Part shown: piece after piece, positions 13,205 to 26,212 of the stretch
Position numbering within the stretch: position 1 is the stretch's first letter
Layout: the number at the start of each line of letters is the position of its first letter
DNA from: Octopus sinensis
Taxonomy: Eukaryota
Assembly (NCBI RefSeq): GCF_006345805.1
Contig: NC_042997.1
Coordinates: forward strand, 35,898,001-35,962,000
Reading direction: 5' to 3'
DNA length: 64,000 nt
Notes under the pieces: generated by a model
What the model saw: only the letters and a program-made list of their open reading frames with translations
Told to the model about the DNA's origin: nothing
The model's database searches: none
Translations under genes and position numbers: made by a program

Positions 13205-14778
13205 CAGTAGCGGCCATAATGTAAGGATCAGTAAGAACAAGTGTATTGAAATATTTATTATAGAAGATTAACAAAACGTTGAGACTAGATATTTTACACA
13301 TATTTATATAATATCTATCATTCATGAAAGGAATAAATATGTTATGAGATAAAGAAATAATCTTCCAAACTGCGATGGCCAGAAATTAAGGGTCACTTAG
13401 AAAAACAATGGAAAATGTAACACGAACAAAAAAGAAACCCTTACTATTAATATTTTGCGAACATTCCTTTACTATCAATGATCTCCTGATATCCGTTACC
13501 ATAGGACTGAATTTATTTCTTGAAAAACGATGGAGTAATACTGTTCCATTTGTTTTTCAGTACTTCCTAGAGTTCAAGTTGGTTCTTTGGATTACTCCGC
13601 GCCCCATCTTCACAAATATTCCAAATGTTTTCAATAGGTTTGAAATTAGGACTTTGAGGTGGCCAGTCCATGAAACTCCTTCATTACTCAAATGATCTTT
13701 GAATCTCTTCGGAGGTGTGATAGGGAGCGTTGTACTGCAGGAATATACGAGATTAAACTGATGAGGACCGGAGACGTGGAAGGGCATACTATCTAAGATT
13801 CTGCTTGTAGATTTCAGCATTGACAGTTCCTTGTAGGCACATAAATGGACAAGGACTAGCAGCAGGGAACACACCCCATACCATTACACATTATACTGCC
13901 GCCATATTTCACTGTCTTCTTCACACATGCACGACGTAACCTTTTGCTACTTCGTCGTCGGACGCACATCCCACTATCGGAACCAATCTCATTAGACATT
14001 GATTCATCGCTAAAATGAACCTGCATCCACTGTTCTTCTGTCCGAATCACATGTTCATGAACGAAACGAAGACGGGTTCTTTGAGTCTTCTTCGAGATCA
14101 GAGGAGGGTTTCTTTGTCGGTGCTCGAGTACACAACCCAGAACTTCGTAACCGCCGAGAAACTGTTCCGCCCGATACGTTGACATCGGAAGAAGAGTTTC
14201 ATGGGATATTTCAGCAGCTCTCTTAAACCTATCCTTCAGTGACATTCTAACCATAATATCAGCCTGTCTTACGGAAGTTTTACGAAGTCTACTAGTTTGG
14301 GGGTTAGAATATGTCGATTGTGGTGACTTAAAATGAGCTACAATTCGTTGTCCAACATTTCTAGACCTTCCTACAGTAGTTGCTATCACAGAATTTGACT
14401 TTACCTTTTGGTCATGGCACACAATACTTCTATTTTCATCAGAAGACACCAGTCGCCATGTTGACAGCTGAATATTCCACTAATGTAAGATCATAAGTAA
14501 CGGGCAGCTCATTAACAGTCTTCTAAACAACAAATACCTCGGCGAGTACATTTTTTCTAAGTGATCCTTAAGTTTTGGCCGCTGTAATTTAGAAGATTGA
14601 TTGTTTATTTCCCCATAACTTAAGAAATATTTATTCAATTCTCTTGAAATTTTCACGAAAGATAAATATTAGATATATATAAATAGGTGTAAAATAACTA
14701 GTCTGAACGTGTTAATCTTCTAAAATAACTATTTCAATGCACTAGTTCTTGCTGACCCTTATATTATGGCCGCTACTG
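13205..14778 (-). mobile_element. Tc1/mariner transposon, IR/DR (long TIR) type, decayed
   Basis: ~200-230 bp TIRs (13205-13405 and 14551-14778) each with outer CAGTAGCGGCCATAAT and inner CAGCGGCCAAAA-like repeats; TA on left, TG on right; transposase inside. Confidence 0.9.
13530..14430 (-). pseudogene. Tc1 transposase pseudogene (frameshifted)
   Basis: PLISKKTQRTRLRFVHEH..EEQWMQVHFSDES, KKTVKYGG, and in a shifted frame a YNAPYH segment and DWPPQSPNFKPIENIW (cf. Tc1 WPSQSPDLNPIEN). Confidence 0.9.
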
Positions 14779-14889
14779 TGCATACACATGTAGATAAATG
14801 CTTACACATACATACCTAGCCCATATATGCAAATATGGACGATGGGTAATAGACAAAATTAATAGGAATTCGGACAAACATTTTAGTAT

Positions 14890-15032
14890 ACACTAGCAGT
14901 ATAACTCGGCTTTGCCCGGGATTAACTTAGAATTAATAAGCTAATCAAGTTCTTTATTTCAAACCAAACTAAGTAACATCGATGTCAAATCTGGGCGAAA
15001 TCCGTTGAAATTGGTTTATATGTATGTGTTTG

Positions 15033-15035
<3 letters not shown>
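14890..15035 (+). mobile_element. Possible non-autonomous Helitron/Helentron-like fragment
   Basis: actagcagtataactcggctttgcccggg terminus-like motif and gaaatccgttgaaattgg; recognition from family-level memory only. Confidence 0.3.
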
Positions 15036-15070
<35 letters not shown>

Positions 15071-15072
<2 letters not shown>

Positions 15073-15645
15073 TAATTAAAAATGAGGGTGTCTAAAAGAC
15101 ACCAACATGCCGAAATAGCAGTCGAAATTCTGACTATAAAACCACGTTAAAAGTTCATATCGCACCATGAGGTATAATTCGTTATTATATTCACTGCGGT
15201 GCTTATTTTAACCATATCGTACTTATGCGGTGATTTGGCGGGCAATTCAACTGGCTGTGTCCATACGTGCATATGTATGTATGTGCGGCGCTCGTATATG
15301 TAAGTATATCGTTTGCTGTGCATATATATATCTGTATTTATGTACTCTTGATATATTCAATTGATGACGGTAAAGCTTAATTAAAGCAGAACCAGAAATC
15401 CTTGGATCTTGAATTATTCAATAATTTTTGCTTGTATGTTTTGTCCCTCCGCTGTACCTCATGGTGCGATATGAACTTTTAACGTGGTTTTATAGTCAGA
15501 ATTTCGACTGCTATTTCAGCATGTTGGTGTCTTTTAGACACCCTCATTTTTAATTATAAAAAATTTTTTACCTTTGTAAGGTATTTTTTTCATGCTGGCC
15601 ACTTGATAATTTGATACTTAAATATCGAAATTTTCCTCATATATA

Positions 15646-15650
<5 letters not shown>
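15071..15650 (+). mobile_element. Non-autonomous Penelope-like (pLTR-derived) element with 104-bp inverted repeat, in (TA)n
   Basis: 15071-15174 is the reverse complement of 15455-15558 (1 mismatch seen); internal hammerhead; (TA)n on both flanks. Confidence 0.65.
15355..15414 (+). ncRNA. Type I hammerhead ribozyme-like motif
   Basis: Stem I ATTCAA/TTGAAT, core TTGATGA, stem II (C)GGT../..ACC(A) with inner GCTT/AAGC, GAA, stem III ATCC/GGAT, cleavage triplet AUC. Confidence 0.7.
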
Positions 15651-15699
<49 letters not shown>

Positions 15700-17252
15700 G
15701 CAACACACACATATAAACACGCACGTACGTACATGTTTTTTGTACGCATACACGCACGTACATACATGTTTTTTGTACGCATACATGTTCGTGTGTGCGT
15801 ATGTGTCTGTGTGTGTGTTGCCCGTTTATCAACAAAACACTTTTTTCCTCGATGGAAAAAAACAAAAGTCTTACCAAAAGCCTACTCGTCAGGAGAGGGG
15901 AACTTAACTCCTGCTTGCAAACAATGGTGACTTCTCCGACTTGAAAATTGTTAAAAGTTTTGGTTGAAAATTTATTTTTACTGCTATTTGCTGGTGCCTC
16001 TGGGAAAAATAAGTCGACGAAAATACAACTAGTGTCATGATGAATGTCCTCCTAAAATTGGAGCGACACACGTTCTAATTTGGGGACGTGCATAAATTAC
16101 ATTCACATACACACACACACACACACATCCTGCATTTTATATATATATAGATTACTTACAATTATTTAGCATCTCATATTCAAAATTAACACCCGTCACA
16201 CTCGTATTATGTCACCAACGTAATATAACGGTTTTTATAATTATTTTTTTGCCTTGCTTAATTTCATTCCCCAGTGCATTTTCAGATATTGGTCATATAA
16301 GAATTTTTAATGATGTACCATGAACTTTTAATAGCCCTAATTTTAGCTTCTGCTTTTTACGTTTTCAGTAGCGGTAACAAAATACAATAACATGTACAAA
16401 AAGCTACGAGTTTTCAAGCATCTTCACATCGCACAACCAATTCCAATTCCGACGATGCCGAATAAATTCCCCTTGACCACAGCGCCACACTGGACAAGCA
16501 ACTATAAAGCCACATAATCTTCAGTTCATAAGACGAGCATGTGAAATGAAATCAGCAGGGAAAGAAAGCGCAGAGACGGATAGAGAAGGAAAATTAATAT
16601 TCACCCATAATAAAATCAAGCAGATGAAGTAAGAATGGTGACAAAGAACGTAATTTTTAGAGAAAACGTATTCTCATAACATCAAGTAACAAAAGTGACA
16701 TTCATAGTGGATATCAATAGACCTCAGGAAGATAATCAAAACTTATGTTGCAGGAGACAGACTTCAGCTACGGCGCGACCACAAAAAATATATTCCTTCT
16801 TAGAACCGATTTGAGAGATTATGTGTTGTCATGGTTTAACCATCAGACAAAAGTTCATTTATTCTCATTTTTTTTACATCCAGCAAAATTTAACTATGTT
16901 TTTGCCATCGGGATTGAAAATTAAGAGGACATTTTTCTGCAGTAATGCGAACAGAAGATTGTTAATATGGAAACGTGCCTTAGGTCGTTTTGCAGCCGTT
17001 TACGATATTTTTCACAGATGTTATTGGTATCAGCTATATCATGAATATTTTTCTATATGTTTGGCACTTTTAAACAGTATTTTGTTGCAATAAATTTCTC
17101 TTACCATACAGTAATACTAGGCCATGTTCATATATTTACGAACATCTCTATAATTCCGCTTTGTAAAGTTTTGTTGCATGCATTAATAGTTGCTGGTGGT
17201 ATGGAATGTACTCTGTTTTTCTTATTTTGTATTATTATTATTATTATTATTA

Positions 17253-17315
<63 letters not shown>

Positions 17316-17332
17316 CATCATCATCTTCATTG

Positions 17333-17465
17333 AGTGAGAGAACAGTGCATGCCATCAAAGTGACACTGGGGTAAAATATACAAAGCCCACGAAATCCAGG
17401 CCTTGTGGTTATGGTAGAAAGGATTATTATTATTATTGTTATTGTTATTATAATTATTATTATTG

Positions 17466-17508
<43 letters not shown>

Positions 17509-17531
17509 CATCATCATCATAATCATCATCA

Positions 17532-17578
<47 letters not shown>

Positions 17579-18065
17579 GAATGAGCGCGCAATATGTGCC
17601 ATCAAAGTGACACTGGGTTACAAATCTATTAAACCAAATAGACACATATAGTTACATGTCTGGCAAGTGTACAACAGGCTCATGCATTACAACATTTCGT
17701 GCGCGACATGGTGATCTCATATCAAGACCAACCTTGCAGGTGGAGCCCAGTTATCGTGTTCTTTAAGCCGAGGAGCTCATCCAGCTCAAAAGGTGTCTGA
17801 ATAAGGTTTGTTTACGGATGAATAAAACACCAATATCTCCAGGAGTGAATTACTCCAACCCCAAAGAATTCCCCTCAACACAAGGCTATGTTGCTCCCCC
17901 AGTGCTCATGCTCGTGATCAGTGAAGGTCATATTGTCAACCACTGAGGGATATGTTCAACTGATTAAGGTCAAGCAACTGACGAGTAAATGTGTGGTATT
18001 GGGCAAAATATTTTCTGTAGCCCATCATTTATTCCAAGAAAAACATGTACATGATAACACTATTC
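17333..18065 (+). repeat. Interspersed repeat family E: short 5' piece (17333-17420) and long copy (17585-18065) separated by (ATT/ATC)n
   Basis: Both start with gtgc(a)tgccatcaaagtgacactggg; embedded in triplet microsatellites. Confidence 0.65.
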
Positions 18066-18119
18066 TTATTAATATCAAGCTTTAAGGCAGTAAAACGCTT
18101 AGGGGTATTTTACTTGTCT

Positions 18120-18268
18120 TACATTTCTAAGTTCATATTCCGCCGAAGTCGACTTTGCCTTTCATCCTTGCGGGGTCGATAAATGATATACTAGTGAAAC
18201 ACTGGGATCGATGTATTTGACTGGTATCCTCCCCACAAATTTGAGGCCTTGTGCTTCCAGTAGACAAG
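18120..18268 (+). mobile_element. SINE family A, 5'-truncated
   Basis: ccgccgaagtcgactttgcctttcatccttgcggggtcgataaat followed by an (ATT)n tail. Confidence 0.8.
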
Positions 18269-18331
<63 letters not shown>

Positions 18332-18369
18332 ATTATTATTATTATATTATTATTATTATTATTATTATT

Positions 18370-18780
18370 AGAAGCAAAAAATACAAGAGCGCCATTGTTA
18401 TCAAGTGAACGATGTTTAGGTATCTACTGTACCTTCCACAGGTTAAAAATATAAACTTGCCAATCTACTTCATTTTTGGTAATATTTTATAGGATTGAGA
18501 TTACTCCACCAGTAGGTATACAGTAGGTATACAAAACAAGACAATATCGTTCACTTGATAACAATAGTACTCTTTTTTGCTTCTGTATACTTACTGGAGG
18601 AGTTACATGAATCCTATAAAATATTACCAAAAATGAAGTAGATCGACAAGTTTATTTTTTCAACCTGTGGAAGGCAGACTAGATGCCGAAATAACGTTCA
18701 CTTGATAAAAATGACACTCTTATATATTTTTATTGGCTTCTGTATACCTACTGGAGGACTTATCTCAATTTTATAAAATA
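18370..18780. repeat. 147-bp minisatellite: ~1.6 tandem units plus one inverted unit
   Basis: gttcacttgata at 18549 and 18696; 18371-18530 is a permuted reverse complement. Confidence 0.8.
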
Positions 18781-18837
18781 TTATTATTATTATTAATATT
18801 AATATTATTATTATTGTTGTTGTTGTTGTTATTATTG

Positions 18838-18874
<37 letters not shown>

Positions 18875-18875
<1 letters not shown>

Positions 18876-18955
18876 GTATGTTTGACTTTTGCTTTATATT
18901 TGTACAAGTTGGCTCCAAGTCTCACCCAGAGACCTCAAGAGACAACAGGTTGGAA

Positions 18956-18958
<3 letters not shown>
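18875..18958 (-). mobile_element. Short LINE 3' end with (AAT)n tail (Dong/R4-like)
   Basis: Minus strand ...gaggtctctgggtgagacttggagcc...aaagtcaaacatacaataataat; flanked by (ATT)n; clade assignment from memory. Confidence 0.4.
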
Positions 18959-19008
<50 letters not shown>

Positions 19009-19021
19009 CATTATTATTATT

Positions 19022-19325
19022 GAAGGCGGAGGTATTGTTTTCAGTCGTGTCCATGGACAAGATATCAAAAGAACAGCTGGATGTATTCAAATAAAAATTT
19101 CAGGGATGTTTGACCTTGTGACACGGATTCTGGCATATTTTTCCTTTTTTCCTTTTTTTTTTATTACTTAATTTTTGAGAGCGGTATGGCTCCTTTTTAG
19201 TATTCTAGTTTGTGAGAGCAGTCGAGTTTATTTAAGATATTCTCGTTTTAAAAATCATCATCTGGCTAATCGTTGAGAGGACGTTGGTGTTGCCTTAGCG
19301 GAGGTTTGCGCTCTCGGAGTGGTCT
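19022..19325 (+). mobile_element. Helentron-associated non-autonomous (HINE/DINE-1-like) element
   Basis: ggcggaggt near the 5' end and gcggaggt near the 3' end, followed by a short 3' hairpin-like gcgctctcggagtg; inserted in a T-rich triplet repeat. Confidence 0.45.
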
Positions 19326-19348
19326 TATTATCATCATCATCATCATCG

Positions 19349-19389
<41 letters not shown>

Positions 19390-19427
19390 ATTATTATTAT
19401 TATTATTATCATCATCATCATCATTAA

Positions 19428-19508
<81 letters not shown>

Positions 19509-19557
19509 TATTATTATTATTATTATTATTATTTATTATTATTATTATTATTATTAT

Positions 19558-19922
19558 AGGTGGTGAGCTGGCAGAAGCATTAGCGCTCTGGACGAAATGC
19601 TTAGCGGTATTTCGCCCCTTACTACGTCCTGAGTTCAAATTTCGCCGAGGTCAAATTTACTTTTCATCCTTTCGGGGTCAATAAAAGAAGTACCAGTTGA
19701 ACGCTGGAGTCTATGTAATCGACTGACCCCCTTCCCCAAAATTGCTGTCCTTGTTGCAAAATTTGAAACTATTATTATTAATAAGGTGGCGAGCTGGCAG
19801 AATCGTTAGCACGCTGGAGGAAATGCTTAGAGGTATTTTGCCCGTCGCTACGTCCTGAGTTCAAATTCTGCTGAGGTTGACTTTACTTTTCATCCTTTTG
19901 GGGTTCGATAAATTAAGAACTA
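19558..19922 (+). mobile_element. Two tandem SINE family A copies (19558-19769, 19784-19922)
   Basis: Both begin ggt(g)gcgagctggcagaa/ggtggtgagctggcagaa, separated by (ATT)n. Confidence 0.88.
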
Positions 19923-21424
19923 ATTCAACCACTACATCCACCACTATGCAGCAAAGTCCATATTTGTTGTATCACCTTGAAAGTTTTCTATGACAAATAA
20001 CACAAGCTTTGGTGTTGTATGCGTACATAGTTACGACTAAAATATGTGAAGACAAAATCATATTCAACATGAAAATATATGATCGGCAAAAAGTGCATTA
20101 GTCATTATTAGCCGAATTTGGAAGATAAATCAGTATGATGATGCTGTATATAAATATTTATGAAAATGAAGATTTATAGAAAAACAACGACAGAAAAAAT
20201 AGCTCCAGGGCCATATTCATATTTATGTGTTTGTAATAAGTGACTATATTTGATACATTGTACAACCGTTATGATTTCTTCTATGTTTTCGTCTAATATG
20301 TTGTCCGTGCTTACATTTACAGAAATGAAATTGCTACTGGATTACTATAAATCCCCATATTAGCATTATTTGTTTCTTTATCGAGTATACATTTTCCGAA
20401 ATGGCTCGTAGACATACAATTTATAACTGCTTTGTGGTGATATTGTATTCAGGCATTGACAAGTAGACAATGTTCGTGATAATAATCAAATATATTTGGG
20501 TGGGGGCAATATAAGCCACCATATTCCCAAACAACTTTGCAACGATAATTTCAAGAAAGCTATTGCGGACCAGATATTTTCATCATTTAACCATCAGGCA
20601 CTTGTCATCGTTTTATTTAATAACCTAGGCATTTATTCCATGACAAACTTATCATAGATAATAATTTAAAATTTTGTAGGTTGCTGGGTAACGTGCTATC
20701 CACCTCACTTCTCATTCCTTATACAATTATTTCGTTTACAACTGAGCGTCTATAAATATGTGTTAATGAGTTTTCGAAAAGTAATATAATAGCATAACTA
20801 ACACTGGTTTATTCAAGTATGCGGCGCGATATCTCTTCCTATTTATTGTGATTTCCCCATGAAGTTAGACGTATTCCCATTTTATGAATAAATCTTGCCT
20901 TAAAAAGGAAACATGTGAGAAGTTTTGCATCATTACTTAATGGTTGCAATAAATAGACGTGATATCATACTTAACATAAGTATAAACTGTTCAGGTAAGA
21001 TACCGTAAACTTAATCCAGGTAAAATGTTATGTACATGTGTTAAAAATAACGTCTATCGGAGAGAGAAAAGAAATCGACGCCACTGAGAATAAAGATAAC
21101 ATCAGATTCATTTCAATCTCGTTCGAAGGTGACTAAAACGTTTGCGTGCAACTATATGCCTGTACAGAGGATATTATCTACCATATCCGGAAGTGGTAGT
21201 AATATTGTTATAAATATTGTAAATAGATGCCGAGCTGCATAAAAAGAAAAAAAAATAGTTTATATATTCGAGACAGCCTGGGGACCATTCGTAATATCGC
21301 TGAATATATAGGTCCTTATTTTGTATGTAGCAGATGGCATATTCCCTCTGGTAATGCAGCTACATGTATTAGTGAGTAGTGCAGGTATTCTACAAGCCCA
21401 GAATGATTTTTCGTCTCCTACCGA

Positions 21425-21431
21425 TGTATAT

Positions 21432-21471
<40 letters not shown>

Positions 21472-22084
21472 AGTTTTTATCAACGCATCACGTTTGGAAT
21501 AAATATTATCGAGGATGAACGCCGCAGAGTTGTATCTTGCTTGTTAGCGGTGTGTGTCTGAATTTAATATTTCGCTCGGCAAGCGCAAGGGTGTAACAGC
21601 TATTATATGAAAATATATACGTATGAAATGTACTAATATCATAGAAAGTAATTAAATTTGTAAATTTATGTAGACTTTTATTATCCCTCGTACGATTTTA
21701 AATATTTTTTCCTAATACTTTTTGTTTTCATATCTATAATTCTGATTTATCTATAATTCATTATCATTGTCAGATATATAATTCTCTATAAATTTTATTT
21801 CTGTCTCTGTATGTCTTGAAGGTTAAGTGAAATTCACATTTTCTTTTGCTTCAGGTATTTTAACGTACATTAAAACCGTATATTATTTACCATGTTGTAT
21901 TAAACAGAGCAATTCGATTGACCATGAATAAGCGATTCCTTTCAATAACCTATACATTCCATGGGACCACATCCCAGAGCATACATTAGTATATATATGT
22001 TAGTCTATTTTTCTATGTTAGAATCCGCTTCTCACACTCTCTGTACCCATATATACGCATATAGTTGTTTATGTATACGTATAT

Positions 22085-22124
<40 letters not shown>

Positions 22125-22733
22125 TGAGTTTTTATCAACGCATCACGTTTGGAATAAATATTATCGAGGATGAACGCCGCAGAGTTGTATCTTGCTTGTT
22201 AGCGGTGTGTGTCTGAATTTAATATTTCGCTCGGCAAGCGCAAGGGTGTAACAGCTATTATATGAAAATATATACGTATGAAATGTACTAATATCATAGA
22301 AAGTAATTAAATTTGTAAATTTATGTAGACTTTTATTATCCCTCGTACGATTTTAAATATTTTTTCCTAATACTTTTTGTTTTCATATCTATAATTCTGA
22401 TTTATCTATAATTCATTATCATTGTCAGATATATAATTCTCTATAAATTTTATTTCTGTCTCTGTATGTCTTGAAGGTTAAGTGAAATTCACATTTTCTT
22501 TTGCTTCAGGTATTTTAACGTACATTAAAACCGTATATTATTTACCATGTTGTATTAAACAGAGCAATTCGATTGACCATGAATAAGCGATTCCTTTCAA
22601 TAACCTATACATTCCATGGGACCACATCCCAGAGCATACATTAGTATATATATGTTAGTCTATTTTTCTATGTTAGAATCCGCTTCTCACACTCTCTGTA
22701 CCCATATATACGCATATAGTTGTTTATGTATAC

Positions 22734-22745
<12 letters not shown>
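21425..22745. repeat. Near-identical 655-bp tandem duplication bounded by (TA)n
   Basis: gagtttttatcaacgcatcacg at 21471 and 22126; matching sequence up to the next (TA)n. Confidence 0.95.
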
Positions 22746-22764
<19 letters not shown>

Positions 22765-22769
<5 letters not shown>

Positions 22770-23035
22770 TTTCATTCTTTTACTTGTTTCACTCATTTGA
22801 CCAGCGGCCATGCTGGAATATCGCCTTTTAGTTGAACTAATCGATCCAGGACTTATTCTTTGTAAACCTGTTACTTATTCTGTCGGTCTCTTTTGCCGAC
22901 GGAGATCTTTCAGTTTCCATCTACCAAATCCACTAACAAAGTTTTGGTCGGCCTGCGAGTATAGTAAAAGACAATATCCCAAGGTATCACGCAGTGAGAC
23001 AGAACATGGAACTACGTGCTTGGGGATGAGGGAAT
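22765..23035 (-). mobile_element. SINE family B with internal deletion
   Basis: ttttacttgtttcactcatttgaccagcggccatgctgga...ctaccaaatccact...cccaaggtatcacgcagtg; homologous to 34553-34875. Confidence 0.8.
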
Positions 23036-23565
23036 AATTTTATTGCATCAATGATTTATATTGTTTGTTATTTCTAATATTCGTATTTGTCTAAGTTGTC
23101 ATATGAAAGACAGTGACTGCTATGTAATTTTTGTAGGTCATTCTTTTTTAATTTACGTAAATTACGTTGTAATTATATGTTTTCAACTTTACTTCGTATG
23201 TTTGTGTCTATAACCCTTGGGCTTATGGAGATAGTTTAGAAGAAATGTCTTATTGATGAAGTATATCGAGTCAGAAATATGTATTCTCCAGTGATTTCAT
23301 ATTCTTATCTCAAGATAACAAACCTCTCCCTTTCTTTAAATGTATCTCAACTTTGAGAATTCCAGAGGGGATCGATCATTACGTCTTCATATGTGGCGCT
23401 CGCTGTTCATATTATCTGTTTAGTAATTGTGAAATATATTGTGCCTGCTGAGGGTATTTCAATGAATAAAGAGTTTATTTTATATTGCTTTTGACATGCC
23501 TGTATTTGTCTATATTGTTCATATATTTGGCAGAGTAAATCTGAGGTTAATACATACAGGCATTG

Positions 23566-23780
23566 AGGCGGCCAGCAAACAGAATCGTTAGCACGCCGCG
23601 CGAAGTGCTTAGTGGTATTTCGTCTGTTTTTACGTTCGGAATTCAAACTCCACTGAGGTCGACTTTGCCTTCCATCATTTCGGGATCGATAAATAAAGTA
23701 CCAGTTGCTTACAGGTGTCGATCTAATCGAGTGGCTACCTCCTCCCAAATTTTGGACCTTCTGCTTTGAGTAGAAAAGAA
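23566..23780 (+). mobile_element. SINE family A
   Basis: aggcggccagcaaacagaatcgttagcacgccg...gaggtcgactttgccttccatc. Confidence 0.85.
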
Positions 23781-23954
23781 TATATACATATATAACGTGA
23801 GAGTGTTACCCAATGGGTGCCTGTGCATTTGTCAGGAAGCGTAGCAACATTATATATATATATGTGTGTGTGTGTGTGCGTGCGCGCGCGCGCGCGCGTG
23901 TGTGTGTGTTTCTGTGTGTGTGTATGTGTGTGTGTATGTGTGTGCGTGTGTCTG

Positions 23955-24160
23955 TGTGTTCTTCCCCCTCATCACTTGGCAACAGGTCTTCATTTGTTTA
24001 TCTCCCCTAGCTTAACGGTTTGGCAAAAGATTTCCATAATATAAGTGTTAGGCTTTAAAAGTCCTGGGGTCAATTTGTTTGACTAAAACCTATTCAAGGC
24101 CATGCTCCAGCATGGCTGCAGTTAAATGACTGAAAAAAGTAAAAGATAAAAGAAAAAAAA
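23955..24160 (+). mobile_element. SINE family B 3' half
   Basis: ends in ctccagcatggctgcagttaaatgactgaaaaaagtaaaagataaaagaaaa. Confidence 0.7.
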
Positions 24161-24446
24161 TATATATATATATACTTTTTCTATTCCAATCTAACCATCT
24201 ACATTCGTACACAAACGTGTTTGTTTCACACACTTGCCCTACAAAAAAGCAATGTTCTTACATTTCGAGGTTCTCTAAGCACAAATTCTAAACAGAGAGT
24301 ATTTATCACATGAAGACACCGCAACCTTCCGTATACCTGCCATAAACATTCTATGTTTTCGATAACAATGACCGTGAATAATCTGCATGCTATTCAACCT
24401 TATTCAAACAAATATCCACGAAGACAGACACGTACTACGATCTAAA

Positions 24447-24492
<46 letters not shown>

Positions 24493-24817
24493 TACGTAGA
24501 GATAATGAAGATTTCAGTTTCTTAGGCGTCTATTGAAAACTACTCGAGAAAGAGAAATAATGAAATCAGAGACTATAGGAATTTAGAAAGATTATTGTGT
24601 ACGTGGGTATTGAATCCTTCCATCAGTATGTTTTGGTTTGCTTTTTATTTAATAAGAAGTTGATGTTTATCCTTATCTGTCTCCCTCATAAACACGCATG
24701 TAGATATACGCAAATATACTCATAGACACAGACAGACACACGTAGACACACACAAATATACGCATATATAAACACATATACGCACAGATACATACATATA
24801 TAAGCATGCGTGCATCA

Positions 24818-24861
<44 letters not shown>

Positions 24862-25534
24862 TATGTATATATATATATAGAGAGAGAGAGAGAAAGAGAT
24901 AGATATATAGATATATACATATATATATAAATATGTTTGTTATCATATACGTCTGGCTGCTGTACAAGTATAGAAACCAATTTTATAGAAATTGCTTCCT
25001 TCCCATTCCCACATGATGTATTTATTTATCATAAGACACAGAAAAATGCGTTAACAAAAGACTATATTATGCTGTTCATGAATGATAGGAGTGCGTGCGA
25101 AAATTCCAATAGTATTAAATTTTTTTTTATTGACTAATTCTACTAACCAACTTAGGTGTATACAATAGCATATTCAAACATTGCCATTCATTGCATACAG
25201 TATATATTTCCTTGAAATGCCCAAATTATCAAAAGAAAAAGATAGAATAGGGACAATATACACAGATAAGGTGTTCAGAATTTTCGTTGCGAGTAGCATT
25301 GAAGTAGTTAGGCCTATAAAATAATTCACGTAGAAGCGTTAGTTTATGAATTGATTATAATACTCTGTGATATCATCAATGGCTTTCATTTAGAATTACT
25401 ATTTTATGCACATATACTTACAAAGCATATAAAAGATATAGATATATATAGATGCACGTACTTTATAAATAGGCAAAGACGTATATGTGTATGTATGTAT
25501 ATATACATATATATATGCATATAAATGCACACAT

Positions 25535-25581
<47 letters not shown>

Positions 25582-26212
25582 AAAATGGCGACTGAAGGAT
25601 ACGAACTTAAGCTATAGGCTGGAATGGTCAATTTTGTCGGTGGCCCTCCCATTTGATAGGGGCAGAAGACAGTGCAACCTTTGTGTCTCCGAACTCTTCC
25701 ATATTTTGTTTGCCAGAGGCCGGATGGTAAACGGGCTCTTACAGTCGGCTTTTCGATGCCCCCGCTTTTAAATAGCGTTTATAAATAATACCGGCACTCA
25801 TAGCCCTTGGTAACAAATTCTGAAATAGCCTTTAAGATATCTACGATTAACCACTGCAAGGGGAATTACTCCTGTAAGACAAACGGGGCTTGGTTTTTTC
25901 ACAGCGGGGGGTTTCCTTGACAAGGCAGGCTTAGATGAACACACACACACATAAAACATAATATATATATATTTTTTTCTTTCTGCCACCCAACGGTTAT
26001 CACGGCAGTAGCCACTGACAGCCGAACGATCAAACGCACACACGTACACAAAAAATGTTTTCTACCCCTACGCCAACACACACATATATAGAACAGTATA
26101 CACACACACACGTCTCTAAGTAGATTTTTCCTCGCCCCTTATAAAACATCCAATATTCCTTAAATAGTCAGAACTTTATTCTCGGTCACAAAGAACATCT
26201 ATACACCCTCAC

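Noticed and set aside
16500-16530. TATA plus Inr core promoter
   Set aside because: TATA-to-Inr spacing is ~20 nt rather than ~30, with no other support
18549-18780. CRISPR-like or other prokaryotic repeat array
   Set aside because: Eukaryotic context; long tandem units with no repeat-spacer organisation
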